A stretch of DNA of 64,000 bases, from the NCBI GenBank assembly GCA_965140345.1, contig OZ223197.1, positions 1,070,726 to 1,134,725 on the forward strand, read 5' to 3'. The translations under genes were made by a program, and so were the position numbers. The notes beneath the pieces are model-generated. The model ran no database searches. It was not told the DNA's origin and worked only from the letters and a program-made list of their open reading frames with translations. Source of the stretch: Candidatus Kapaibacterium sp. Lineage in GTDB: Bacteria; Bacteroidota; Ignavibacteria; Kapaibacteriales; UBA2268. Of the stretch, positions 39,512-49,214 are shown piece by piece (position 1 is the first letter of the stretch; each line of letters opens with the position of its first letter).

Positions 39512-39611
39512 TTTTTTGACCTGCAATAATTATATTTAAATAAAGTCTTTGAAAACAGGAGCATTTTACTGCTCCTGTTTATTTTCTGTAACAATTAGAA
39601 AAGTAGTGAAC

Positions 39612-40214
39612 ATGGATGATAAAGTACAAGTTGTAGTTTTGGGATTATCAGCTAGTCCGGCAAGTAATAACGCTTACGCTTTAATATTAAAAGAGTTAGA
39701 CGGAGATAAAAGATTACCGATAATAATCGGAGCTTTTGAAGCACAGGCAATAGCACTTGAAATGGAAGGTGTGGTACCTCCTCGCCCTATGACTCATGAT
39801 TTATTAAAAAAGATAATTGAAGCATTCGGTGGCAATTTGAGCGAAGTGCACATTAATGATTTGAAAGAGGGAACCTTTTTTGCTACTTTAAGATTTGAAC
39901 TTATGGATTTAAATATTGATGCGCGCCCAAGCGATGCAATTGCTCTTGCAGTTAGATTCAGCGCACCAATATTTATCAACAGAGACATTTTGGAAGAGAC
40001 TGGCCACGTACCCGAAGGTAGCGAACATATTGAAGATGATGAGTTGGATGACACTTTAGAACCAACTAGCGTTCCCGCTACTCCTAAAGAACCTGTAAAT
40101 GAATCTCCTATCGAAGCTTTAAATAGAAAGTTAGATAAAGCAGTCGAAGATGAAGATTATGAAACAGCTGCAAAATATCGAGATGAAATAAAAAAACTTT
40201 TGGATAATCAATAA
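39612..40214 (+). CDS. bifunctional nuclease (BFN/DUF151) family protein with a C-terminal UVR motif
   Basis: VVLGLSASPASNNAYALILKE..RPMTHDLL (BFN domain) and a C-terminal ..AVEDEDYETAAKYRDEIKKL (UvrB/C-type UVR). The ATG at 39612 is preferred. Confidence 0.7.
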   Translation: MDDKVQVVVLGLSASPASNNAYALILKELDGDKRLPIIIGAFEAQAIALEMEGVVPPRPMTHDLLKKIIEAFGGNLSEVHINDLKEGTFFATLRFELMDLNIDARPSDAIALAVRFSAPIFINRDILEETGHVPEGSEHIEDDELDDTLEPTSVPATPKEPVNESPIEALNRKLDKAVEDEDYETAAKYRDEIKKLLDNQ

Positions 40215-40222
40215 AATCTCCT

Positions 40223-40230
40223 TATATTTG
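40223..40230 (+). promoter_or_regulatory. TAtaTTTG (-7-like) motif 15 nt upstream of the first tRNA
   Basis: Matches the TAnnTTTG consensus. Confidence 0.25.
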
Positions 40231-40244
40231 TACTCTCTTTTGGA

Positions 40245-40318
40245 GCCGGGGTAGCTCAGTTGGTTAGAGCATCGGAATCATAATCCGAGTGTCGGGGGTT
40301 CAAATCCCTCCCCCGGTA
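40245..40318 (+). tRNA. tRNA-Met (anticodon CAT), elongator-type; tRNA-Ile2 (lysidine) cannot be excluded
   Basis: Manual cloverleaf fold: acceptor gccgggg/ccccggt, D-arm tagctcagttggttagagca, anticodon loop atCATaa, T-loop ttcaaat. CCA is not encoded. Confidence 0.88.
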
Positions 40319-40377
40319 CATAACTTCACAAAAGTTATGTATCGAGAAAAATCTCACTCCAGAAGAAAAATATTGTT

Positions 40378-40451
40378 GCCGGGGTAGCTCAGTTGGTTAG
40401 AGCATCGGAATCATAATCCGAGTGTCGGGGGTTCAAATCCCTCCCCCGGTA
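40378..40451 (+). tRNA. tRNA-Met (anticodon CAT), identical second copy
   Basis: 74/74 identical to the copy at 40245..40318; the 59-nt spacer contains a small hairpin. Confidence 0.88.
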
Positions 40452-40464
40452 CAATAACAAATTT

Positions 40465-40493
40465 AAGCTTTGCATTACGCAAAGCTTTTTTTG
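40465..40493 (+). terminator. rho-independent terminator after the tRNA pair
   Basis: Hairpin aagctttgc-attac-gcaaagctt followed by T7. Confidence 0.6.
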
Positions 40494-40654
40494 TATCTGC
40501 TCGATTTAATCTCCGGATTATTGAGATTTGTTTTTATTGTATTGTTTGAATATAATTTACAAGTCTATTGAAATATCATTCGACTCTTTTAGTCTTATAG
40601 TTTGATAGGTAATTATTTAAAATGTCAACAATTCTCTTTATCCGTAATTCCATC

Positions 40655-40760
40655 AATGGATATTCATTACCTTTTCCATTTCTTTTTCTTTTTTTTGCGA
40701 CAAAAAAGCAAAAGAAACGGAAACCAAAGAAAAAGAAAAAAAACGCTTCACCTCCACTTC
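40655..40760. repeat. polypyrimidine tract followed by a polypurine tract (imperfect long inverted repeat, low complexity)
   Basis: ccttttccatttctttttcttttttttgcgac followed by aaaaaagcaaaagaaacggaaaccaaagaaaaagaaaaaaaacg. Confidence 0.5.
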
Positions 40761-41007
40761 TCATTCTGTGATTTATAAATGTTTTTCTATCCAATTAAGA
40801 ATCTGATAGTCAATGTTAGTTACTATATTCGCAGTTATGTTTGTTTAATCAAATACTGAATTTTCCATATAGATTCAGTGTGAAAGCAACTATATCTCAT
40901 AAATATAAGAGTTTTTGATTCTATATTTAAATACCGAAAAATATTTTGCTAAATTGTGTCTCTATTCAGATGATAAAAATAAGAAACTTAAATAAAGGAG
41001 AAATTTG

Positions 41008-42522
41008 ATGAAAAAAACTCTTCTAATGATATTAGATGGTTGGGGAATTGGTGATAAATCCAAATCTGATGCTATATATAATGGCGATACACCTTATTGG
41101 GATAAATTAGTTGCAGAAAACCCTCACTCTGAACTTTTGACTTGTGGGGAAAATGTTGGCTTACCTGATGGCCAGATGGGCAATTCTGAAGTTGGTCACT
41201 TGAATATTGGTGCTGGAAGAATTATATACCAGGATCTGGTAAAGATAAATAAAGCAATAAAAGATAAAACTTTCTTTGAAAATCCTGAGTTGAAAGCAGC
41301 TTTTGAATATGCTAAGACTAATAATAAAAAAGTACACTTGTTAGGTCTTCTTTCTGATGGTGGTGTACACTCTTCTAACGAACATCTTTATGCTCTTTGC
41401 GATATGGCCAAATCAATGGATTTTGATGATCTTTATATCCATGCTCTCATGGATGGAAGAGACTGTGACCCTAAAAGCGGCAAAGGTTTTATGGAAGAAC
41501 TTCAAAATCATCTAAAAAGCTCAAATGGAAAAGTAGCAAGCGTTTGTGGCAGATATTATACTATGGACAGAGATAAACGCTGGGAACGCATAAAACTTGG
41601 ATATGACCTCATTGTTTTAGGTGAAGGTGCTAAATATACAGATCCTGTAAAGGCAGTTTCAGATTCTTACGAGAATGGTGTAACTGATGAGTTTATTAAA
41701 CCCGTGGTTATTACTAATGACAAAGACGCTCCTCTTGCTACGATAGAAAAAGATGATGTTGTAATCTGTTTCAACTTTAGAACTGACAGATTAAGAGAAA
41801 TTACTATAACTCTTACTCAGCAGGATATGCAGGAATTAGGCATGAACAAGCTTGACTTATATTATGTAACAATGACTCGCTATGATGATACATTCAAAAA
41901 TGTAAAAATTGCTTACGACAAAGACAATGTAACTATGACTTTGGGTGAAGTTGTTGCCAATGCCGGTAAAAAACAAATTAGAATAGCTGAAACTGAAAAA
42001 TATGCTCATGTTACATTTTTCTTTAGCGGCGGACGTGAAAAAGAATTTGAGAACGAAAAGCGCATTCTTATTCCATCACCAAAAGTTGCGACTTATGATC
42101 TTCAACCTGAAATGAGTGCATTTCTTGTAAGAGATGCAATTGTTGAAGAGCTAAAAAAACAGGAAACTGATTTTGTATGTCTTAACTTCGCAAATGGCGA
42201 TATGGTTGGTCATACAGGAATAATGGAAGCAATTTTAAAAGCAGTAAATGCAGTAGATCAATGCTTAGAATCAGTTGTCGAAACGGCTAAAGCAAATGGA
42301 TATTCTGTTGTAATCATTGCAGATCACGGGAATGCCGATAATGCAGTTAACAGTGACGACAGCCCTAACACAGCACACTCTTTAAATCCTGTACCTATAG
42401 TAGTTGTAGATCCAGATGTAAAAGCCGTTCAAAAAGGGGTTTTAGCAGATGTAGCTCCTACTATATTAAGCATTTTGGGAATTGAAAAACCTGCTGAAAT
42501 GACCGGGAAAGTTTTGATATAA
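41008..42522 (+). CDS. gpmI: 2,3-bisphosphoglycerate-independent phosphoglycerate mutase
   Basis: Motifs [22 protein letters not shown] and ADHGNAD. ATG at 41008 has a GGAG ribosome-binding site 8 nt upstream. Confidence 0.92.
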   Translation: MKKTLLMILDGWGIGDKSKSDAIYNGDTPYWDKLVAENPHSELLTCGENVGLPDGQMGNSEVGHLNIGAGRIIYQDLVKINKAIKDKTFFENPELKAAFEYAKTNNKKVHLLGLLSDGGVHSSNEHLYALCDMAKSMDFDDLYIHALMDGRDCDPKSGKGFMEELQNHLKSSNGKVASVCGRYYTMDRDKRWERIKLGYDLIVLGEGAKYTDPVKAVSDSYENGVTDEFIKPVVITNDKDAPLATIEKDDVVICFNFRTDRLREITITLTQQDMQELGMNKLDLYYVTMTRYDDTFKNVKIAYDKDNVTMTLGEVVANAGKKQIRIAETEKYAHVTFFFSGGREKEFENEKRILIPSPKVATYDLQPEMSAFLVRDAIVEELKKQETDFVCLNFANGDMVGHTGIMEAILKAVNAVDQCLESVVETAKANGYSVVIIADHGNADNAVNSDDSPNTAHSLNPVPIVVVDPDVKAVQKGVLADVAPTILSILGIEKPAEMTGKVLI

Positions 42523-42599
42523 TATTATTATTTTATATTTAACCAAACCTTTTTTCACTTATTCCGTATAATCTAAAAACAATCATAACGTCTTTATTT

Positions 42600-42824
42600 A
42601 TGAAAAGATTATACAACATAAGCGCAAGTCTGACTTTAGGTATTCTATGGGTACTTATGGTACTATATTTAAGGGATGGCACGGAGGATAGTGAAATGGA
42701 TGAATGGACTTTATTAGCGACTGGTTTTATTGGACTTTTTATGGCAGTATCGATGACTGTTGTTTTTGAAAAACTCAAAAAGGTCAAAGTTAGAAGCAAT
42801 AGAAATTATATAAAACGCAGATAA
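42600..42824 (+). CDS. small hypothetical membrane protein
   Basis: 74 aa with two hydrophobic helices. Weak support. Confidence 0.3.
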   Translation: MKRLYNISASLTLGILWVLMVLYLRDGTEDSEMDEWTLLATGFIGLFMAVSMTVVFEKLKKVKVRSNRNYIKRR

Positions 42825-42825
42825 A

Positions 42826-42862
42826 CAAAAAGCCGGATTTAATTCAAATCCGGCTTTTCTAT
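42826..42862. terminator. bidirectional terminator between convergent genes
   Basis: Hairpin agccggattt-aattc-aaatccggct flanked by an A-run and a T-run. Confidence 0.55.
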
Positions 42863-42891
42863 TTCTTTGAGCAATTAATTTATGTCAATCT

Positions 42892-44763
42892 TTATTCTAC
42901 AATAATTTTGGTGCCAAGATAAGTTGAATTGTTACTTAATTTCAAGAAATAAGATCCTGCAGAAAGATCCAAATTCAAATCAGTAGTTATCTCGCCTTGA
43001 GTAAACTGTTTTGTTACTTCAAAAACTTTTTCACCACTTATAGAATAAATACTAATTGTATAGTCTCCTGCATCTTTGATATTTGCTTTCAAAGTAGCTT
43101 TATTGGCTATTGGCATAGGACTGACAAGTAAGTTAGATATTCCACTGTTTAGATGACCGAAAGTTTGATTTTCTTCTACTCCTGTGAAAGTTTCTTTCGC
43201 AAACATAATATTTACATTGCCATCATTATTTCTACCATCTGCCCAGATCGGCATAAAGAAGTCTTCTGTGATGATTAGCTGATTATATTCACCAATTCCA
43301 AAGTCAGCATTTTTAGAGTCAATAACTGAAAAATCACTTGGTAAAGTAGTTACGGCTTTATTTTTAGAGAATGTTTCTCCTCCATCTTTTGAAATTGCAT
43401 AATAATAGTGGGTATTTACATTATTGATGTCATCTCTGCGATCATACCATGCAACTGCATATTTACCGTCAGGGCTAACCATTTGTGCTGTGTAGAACTG
43501 ATCAGTATTTAAATTTTCAGTATTATCATTTAGAACTACAGCATCAGACCAAGTTTCACCACCATCTGACGATTTAGAGAAATAAACATCAAGTCCATTT
43601 CCTAAATCGGAATTAATTCCAGTAGCAGTCCATGTAGCATATAAATAACCATCAAACTGACCACCTGATTTATCAATAGTGATGTTTGGAGCAGGGTAAA
43701 TTCTGGATAATCCCTCAGGAGTTGGAATGCCTTGCTGCTCATTTATTTGAATCTTAATTGGATCTGTTCCGTAAAAACCGGAAATCCTGGTTACTTTATC
43801 AATACTTTTACCACCGTCTTTTGATACAGCATGATACATAGATGGATCAGAACCTGTATCTCCAAAGAACATAACATGAACCCATCCATTATTATCAACA
43901 TCAAGAGTACCAAATTGAACAATCTGCAATCCCGGAGGCGATACAATCACCGGCTCATAGTTAAAGTTTGAATTATCAGCTTCTTTAGTAAACAACTGCA
44001 TTTGATATCCTGAAGTTTGAGAAATAGATACCAATGAAGCGTATACATTATTTCTATAATGAGAGCTACTTAAGTCTGCAGCTAACCATTGCTTATCATG
44101 CATGTCCTCCAAACCACTGGTTGCAGGCGCAGCACCTCTGGCATTACCAATGATAGGATCATCTTCTGCCTGAAAAGTCACACCACCATCAGTAGAGCGA
44201 ACTACAAAAATGCCCCAGCGAATAGAATCAATTGACATACCTTTTATCTCTCCATACAAATAAATCCAGGAGAAATACAAATCACCTTTCGCATCAAAAG
44301 TAAACATTGGATCCCCACCACCAAGAGGAATACTGTTTTCTCCAAGAGTAAACGTCTCGAAGTTACTTTCATTCCAGGAAGTCCCACCGTCTTTGGTGTA
44401 AAACACAGGACATGTCAATGATTTCAACATATTGTTCGGATTTTGTCTAATAGGACTTACTACAATATTATTGTGATCTGTTGGATTTACTGCTGCATGC
44501 AACTCTGATTCAGGAAGAGAATTATTTGAAATATAACCTGACTCAGCTTCCAGTACTTTATCCTGATATTTTTTACTCTTTTTATCCAAATATTCAGCCG
44601 CAGCATCATTACTTTTCAAAAAACCTTCAACCTGCTGAGGAGTCACACGCATTTTTTCTTTATAGCGAAAATCTTTTAAAGCATCTTTTCCATCCGTTTG
44701 AGCGTATACGCCTGCATTGCAAACTAAAACTAACAGAATTATTAGTTTTACTACTTTAGTCAT
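42892..44763 (-). CDS. secreted BNR/Asp-box repeat protein (sialidase-like beta-propeller) with a T9SS C-terminal sorting domain
   Basis: Signal peptide. Asp-boxes TKDGGTSW, STDGGVTF, SKDGGKSI, SSDGGETW and SKDGGETF. C-terminal ~80 aa (..LVSPMPIANKATL...GSYFLKLSNN...KIIVE) matches the T9SS type-A C-terminal-domain pattern. Confidence 0.7.
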   Translation of the reverse strand: MTKVVKLIILLVLVCNAGVYAQTDGKDALKDFRYKEKMRVTPQQVEGFLKSNDAAAEYLDKKSKKYQDKVLEAESGYISNNSLPESELHAAVNPTDHNNIVVSPIRQNPNNMLKSLTCPVFYTKDGGTSWNESNFETFTLGENSIPLGGGDPMFTFDAKGDLYFSWIYLYGEIKGMSIDSIRWGIFVVRSTDGGVTFQAEDDPIIGNARGAAPATSGLEDMHDKQWLAADLSSSHYRNNVYASLVSISQTSGYQMQLFTKEADNSNFNYEPVIVSPPGLQIVQFGTLDVDNNGWVHVMFFGDTGSDPSMYHAVSKDGGKSIDKVTRISGFYGTDPIKIQINEQQGIPTPEGLSRIYPAPNITIDKSGGQFDGYLYATWTATGINSDLGNGLDVYFSKSSDGGETWSDAVVLNDNTENLNTDQFYTAQMVSPDGKYAVAWYDRRDDINNVNTHYYYAISKDGGETFSKNKAVTTLPSDFSVIDSKNADFGIGEYNQLIITEDFFMPIWADGRNNDGNVNIMFAKETFTGVEENQTFGHLNSGISNLLVSPMPIANKATLKANIKDAGDYTISIYSISGEKVFEVTKQFTQGEITTDLNLDLSAGSYFLKLSNNSTYLGTKIIVE

Positions 44764-44940
44764 AACACAACCTTATAATTAATAGATAAACCTTGTTTTC
44801 CAGTAAGTGCTTCTTCTTTAGAAAAAGTCTCTTAATTTTTGGCATAAAATTAGATTTCATTTTATCTCATATACTCTGAATTGCTGCATTCGTTGCAAGA
44901 TGAGCATAGTTTCAATCATAATTTAGTTTCGAGAAATACA

Positions 44941-45630
44941 ATGAAGAATAAAAATATAATATGGATCATCGGTCTGACTATTTTCACGATAATAGCCTGG
45001 CAGTTTAACGAAACCAGGACTATTCTACTACCATTTACAGTACTTGGAACATGGTTTCATGAAATGGCGCATGGAATTATGGCATTTGCTTTAGGTGGCA
45101 ATTTTCATACCCTTGAACTTTTCCCTGATGGCTCAGGTGTAGCACATTATAGTGGTAATTTATACTTTGGTAATATCGGGAAAGCACTAGTTGCAGGAGC
45201 AGGTCCTTTCGGACCGACAATAGCAGCAAGTATTTTCTTTGCAATATCAAAACATAAAGATGCCACAAAAGTATTACTGCTATTTATGAGTATTATTTTG
45301 CTACTCTCTGTACTAATTTGGATAAGGTCGGCTTACGGTTTTATCATTATTATTGCTTTTTCTGTAGCAATTGGTTTTATAGCGTTGAAAGCGAAAGAAA
45401 AAATTCAAAAAATAAGCCTCCAATTTTTAGGAGTTCAGGCAGCAGCAAGTGTTTATTTAAGTATATCTTATCTATTTTCTGCTTATGCTGAAATGGCAGT
45501 TGGTCAGTTTGCATCTGATACAGCAATAATGGCAGAAAATCTATTTCTGCCACATTGGGTATGGGGATTTTTAATTTTGTTATTTTCAGTTATTATAATA
45601 GGTGAAAGTTTGAAATATCTATCGAAATAG
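44941..45630 (+). CDS. polytopic membrane protein with HEXXH in a TM segment (M50B-like putative metalloprotease)
   Basis: WFHEMAHGIMAF motif; about 6 TM helices. The start could alternatively be at 44881. Confidence 0.4.
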   Translation: MKNKNIIWIIGLTIFTIIAWQFNETRTILLPFTVLGTWFHEMAHGIMAFALGGNFHTLELFPDGSGVAHYSGNLYFGNIGKALVAGAGPFGPTIAASIFFAISKHKDATKVLLLFMSIILLLSVLIWIRSAYGFIIIIAFSVAIGFIALKAKEKIQKISLQFLGVQAAASVYLSISYLFSAYAEMAVGQFASDTAIMAENLFLPHWVWGFLILLFSVIIIGESLKYLSK

Positions 45631-46866
45631 CTATTTAAAGATTACTTTCAAAATAGAGAAATCATCATCAAGTTGCGGGCTTCCGTTGACTTCAACCTGA
45701 TGATTATAGAGTTCTTTTAACTCATCAGTGCCTTTCGCATTATTATTTTCCAGGAACCTATGTAATGCATCTACATCCCAGGGTACAGTATTTGACTTAA
45801 ATACTTCATATGTCCCATCAGAGAAAATATATAGTATTGCTTCTTTTTTTACATCTACTTCTTTTTCTTCATAGCCCATAATTGCCTCAGCACCAATTAC
45901 ATAATTTCTAGTGAATAGACTTTGCGCTTTCCCATATTTATTTATCAGTAATGCTGGTGGATGACCTGCCGAAGCATATTTTAGTTTATGTGTTTGTTTG
46001 TTATATACACCATACCACATTGTAAAGTAAATGTTATTATGGTGCTTCATCTGGAAGATATTATTTAGATTTGTGATTACATCTTTCGGACTTGTGAAGT
46101 CTGTATCGGGAAGTAGCTGATTTCTTAAATTATTTAAGACAGAAACTGAATGCAATGCAGGCCCAACACCGTGTCCGCAGACATCAAGTAGATACATAGC
46201 TATATGATTTTCATCCAGATTATGCAAACCGAATGAGTCTCCTCCCAAAGTAGCTGCAGGGATAAACATCCAGTCAATTTTTAACGTATCATCATTTATA
46301 CGTTTAGGCAATAAGGATTCAATATATTCAGAAGCAATTTTTAAATCTTCTTCTATTGTATTCAATAATTCCTGTTTTTCTTCATTGATTGCAGATAATT
46401 TGGCATTAATTGCGATCATTTCTTTCGCATGTTTTTCACTGGCATCTCTGCTTCGTTTCAAATCCACATGCGTTTTAACGCGAACTAAGAGCTCTTCCCT
46501 ATTAAAAGGTTTAGTCAGGTAATCGACTCCCCCACAGCGAAAAGCTTCAACAATGTCCTCTGTTTCAGATTTTGCTGTTATAAAAATAATAGGAATATCT
46601 GCAGTATCTTCATTGGATTTAATTCTTCTACAAGCTTCATATCCATCCATTTCCGGCATCATAATATCAAGAAGTATCAAATCAGGTTTGTCATCTTTTA
46701 AAGACTCAATTGCTTCAAATCCATTAGAAACAAGAGATATTTCATATCCGTTTTCAAGCAAAATATTTCCGATGATCTTTAAATTTTTCAAAACATCATC
46801 AACGACAAGAACATAAGGCTTGAAATTAGTATTGGTATCGATCATAATAAAATTTTTATATGGCAA
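45631..46866 (-). CDS. response regulator with a PP2C (SpoIIE-type) phosphatase output domain
   Basis: REC domain (VLVVDD..DIMMPEMDGYE); C-terminal PP2C domain with LDVCGHGVGPALHS. Confidence 0.8.
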   Translation of the reverse strand: MPYKNFIMIDTNTNFKPYVLVVDDVLKNLKIIGNILLENGYEISLVSNGFEAIESLKDDKPDLILLDIMMPEMDGYEACRRIKSNEDTADIPIIFITAKSETEDIVEAFRCGGVDYLTKPFNREELLVRVKTHVDLKRSRDASEKHAKEMIAINAKLSAINEEKQELLNTIEEDLKIASEYIESLLPKRINDDTLKIDWMFIPAATLGGDSFGLHNLDENHIAMYLLDVCGHGVGPALHSVSVLNNLRNQLLPDTDFTSPKDVITNLNNIFQMKHHNNIYFTMWYGVYNKQTHKLKYASAGHPPALLINKYGKAQSLFTRNYVIGAEAIMGYEEKEVDVKKEAILYIFSDGTYEVFKSNTVPWDVDALHRFLENNNAKGTDELKELYNHQVEVNGSPQLDDDFSILKVIFK

Positions 46867-46952
46867 TGTATTTTTTCAAATATTATAACAAAAATACTAA
46901 TAATTTCCTTATATTTTAAAGAGTATTTGGAATCTAATTTTAGGAAGAAGAA

Positions 46953-47993
46953 ATGCGATTTTATTATTTGATTATTTGTGCAATTTTGTTTGCCGGTACT
47001 TCGGATCTTATGGCACAAAAAAAGTTTAAAACAGACGATAAATTTGATAAATCAGGCTTAAATGTCATGTTCTATTACGAAGATCACTCATATGCCTCGT
47101 TTTTTGATAATAACAGTGATAAAATTGGGAATATTGATATTGATATAGAAAAAGTAAGAGGCAGAATAAAAAGCGACTCTACTGTAACAATTTTAAACCC
47201 TGCTAACTGGACTTTTGATATTAAAAGAAAACGTTATGGTCTTCATTTAGAATATTTTTTCGACAATGATAACTTTATATACCTAACAATGCCTTTTGAA
47301 AGTCAGTCACTAACAGACCAAATTTCTTTTCGTCTTGATAACGGAAATCAACTTCAACAAGACGTTAACAAACAAAAATTTCCTGAAAGGACGAAAAGTT
47401 TCCTGGCTTTTGTGGGACTAGGTGGTGAGTATTGCACTTATAATAATAAATTCTTCCATTCAGTTATGGGTGAATTGAGAATTCCAGGTGGTTCGCAAGA
47501 CTTTATTCCTGGATCTGAAGTAGTTAAAGAAACTTATGAAGACAGTAAAGGTAATGAAGCAGTTCGTTACTCTCCGCCATGGCCTGACTCAGCAGCCTAC
47601 TTTTTAAGTGATGGAGCCTTCGAAATGCATCTAGGAACTAGTGTTGGTGTCAATTTCAGAAAATCTTATATTAGGTCTACTGCTAAATATATTCTAAGAG
47701 GAGAAGAACTATCAGATCAAATATTTGGTTCTGCTGGTTTCTTTTATAACGGAATGGAAGAAGCAACACTTAAAATAGGTCTGAACTACTACCACAGTAT
47801 TAATGAAGCTCCAGCAGATTATTATTTTGATTATTCCAAAACTCCAATCTACGATAGAACTCTTAATGGAGACATAGGTTTTCAATTGTATTTAAAAAAG
47901 GTCATTATAGATTTAAATATGCAAATACCTGTATGGGGTAAAAATGCAGCCTCCAATTCTATATTTACTATGAAATTTGGATGGCACTTTTAA
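46953..47993 (+). CDS. hypothetical outer-membrane (beta-barrel-like) protein
   Basis: Signal peptide, beta-rich composition, C-terminal aromatic residues (..KFGWHF). Confidence 0.45.
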   Translation: MRFYYLIICAILFAGTSDLMAQKKFKTDDKFDKSGLNVMFYYEDHSYASFFDNNSDKIGNIDIDIEKVRGRIKSDSTVTILNPANWTFDIKRKRYGLHLEYFFDNDNFIYLTMPFESQSLTDQISFRLDNGNQLQQDVNKQKFPERTKSFLAFVGLGGEYCTYNNKFFHSVMGELRIPGGSQDFIPGSEVVKETYEDSKGNEAVRYSPPWPDSAAYFLSDGAFEMHLGTSVGVNFRKSYIRSTAKYILRGEELSDQIFGSAGFFYNGMEEATLKIGLNYYHSINEAPADYYFDYSKTPIYDRTLNGDIGFQLYLKKVIIDLNMQIPVWGKNAASNSIFTMKFGWHF

Positions 47994-48026
47994 TCCAATC
48001 TATTAATATTACCTATTTACTTTTAT

Positions 48027-48058
48027 GAAAATGCAGCTTAAAGCTGCATTTTTATTTT
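48027..48058 (+). terminator. rho-independent terminator
   Basis: aaatgcagc-ttaa-agctgcattt followed by a T-run. Confidence 0.6.
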
Positions 48059-48229
48059 GTATTTACAATTTATGTATTATCTTTGCCGTCCAATATAATC
48101 CAAGTTTGTGCAACAAGCGGTAAATAAATGAAACATATATACTTAAGTTTATTAATCGGTCAATTTCAGCTTTAGGGTAAAAAGCTTGCCGACTAATTGT
48201 TATGTTTCACAATATGAGGTTACCCCCTA

Positions 48230-49027
48230 ATGGGTATATCTAACACAAGTAAAATCAAAGCCGCATCAATTTATTATTTTTTAATACCGGCTGTACTTGT
48301 CTCACTACTAATAATCTCATTGCAATTGATTGCAAACGCTGAAGAAAGAGTTGAAATCAACTCAACATTGGAACAAAGCAGGGATGCTATTAGCGAAGAA
48401 GATATTCTTAAGCAGATAGACATCAGTAACGAATTACTTTACGATACCAGTGGCATTGCCTCACACTATGCCAGAAGGTTTCACAAACGAAGAACTGCAA
48501 ATGGTGAAAGATTTAATATGTATAAATTTTCTGCTGCCCACAGAAATTTGCCATTTGGGACTATACTTAGAGTCACTAACATTGCAACAAATAAAAAAGT
48601 CCTTGTAAGAATTAATGACAGAGGGCCTTATATAGGCAAAAGGATTCTTGATTTATCTTACCAGTCTGCCAAATACATTGGTGGCATGGGACTACCAAAA
48701 GTAAAAATTGAAGGCTTTCTTGATAATAAGTTCTTAGTGAAAGATATCAAAGACACCGCACAGAGCTATTTCTATGCTTATTCTTTTGACAAAGAATTGA
48801 GATGTATACCTGAAAACTTTGTAGCAGTCACTGATACACTAAATAATTTCAATAAAGCTGTCAAACGATTCTCAGAAATAAATGACTCTGATACATACTT
48901 ATTTGTACATGCCGGAAGAAAGGTTAAAAAACAAACCCGAAAGAGTGATTCGATTTACTATATCGGCAAAATTGATAAAAGTAAACTTGCAGAATTCAAA
49001 GACGAAGTACTACTGGCAGGCATATAA
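48230..49027 (+). CDS. RlpA-like lytic transglycosylase (double-psi beta-barrel) protein
   Basis: ASHYARRFHKRRTANGERFNMYKFSAAHRNLPFGTILRVTN..RINDRGPY is the RlpA DPBB signature. Confidence 0.75.
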   Translation: MGISNTSKIKAASIYYFLIPAVLVSLLIISLQLIANAEERVEINSTLEQSRDAISEEDILKQIDISNELLYDTSGIASHYARRFHKRRTANGERFNMYKFSAAHRNLPFGTILRVTNIATNKKVLVRINDRGPYIGKRILDLSYQSAKYIGGMGLPKVKIEGFLDNKFLVKDIKDTAQSYFYAYSFDKELRCIPENFVAVTDTLNNFNKAVKRFSEINDSDTYLFVHAGRKVKKQTRKSDSIYYIGKIDKSKLAEFKDEVLLAGI

Positions 49028-49042
49028 TTAACACTAAGCTAA

Positions 49043-49083
49043 AAGAAGAAAGACATTCTGAGTCTTTCTTCTTTTTTTTTCTG
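49043..49083 (+). terminator. rho-independent terminator
   Basis: aagaagaaagac-attctg-agtctttcttctt followed by T10. Confidence 0.6.
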
Positions 49084-49214
49084 TTTTTTTATTGTCTTAT
49101 CATTAATTTGCTATAAGTAGTTTATACTTGACTTAAAATCTTTTGTTCACATCCAAACCTTTCTTATCTTAGTAGAAGTTGCAAAATCTATATTAAACAT
49201 TAGGAGTTTTCAAA

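Noticed and set aside
40576-40794. 72-aa minus-strand ORF (poly-Phe, Lys/Arg-rich)
   Set aside because: The translation is a by-product of the polypyrimidine/polypurine tract (FFFFFFGFRFFCFF); there is no start context and no coding-like composition.
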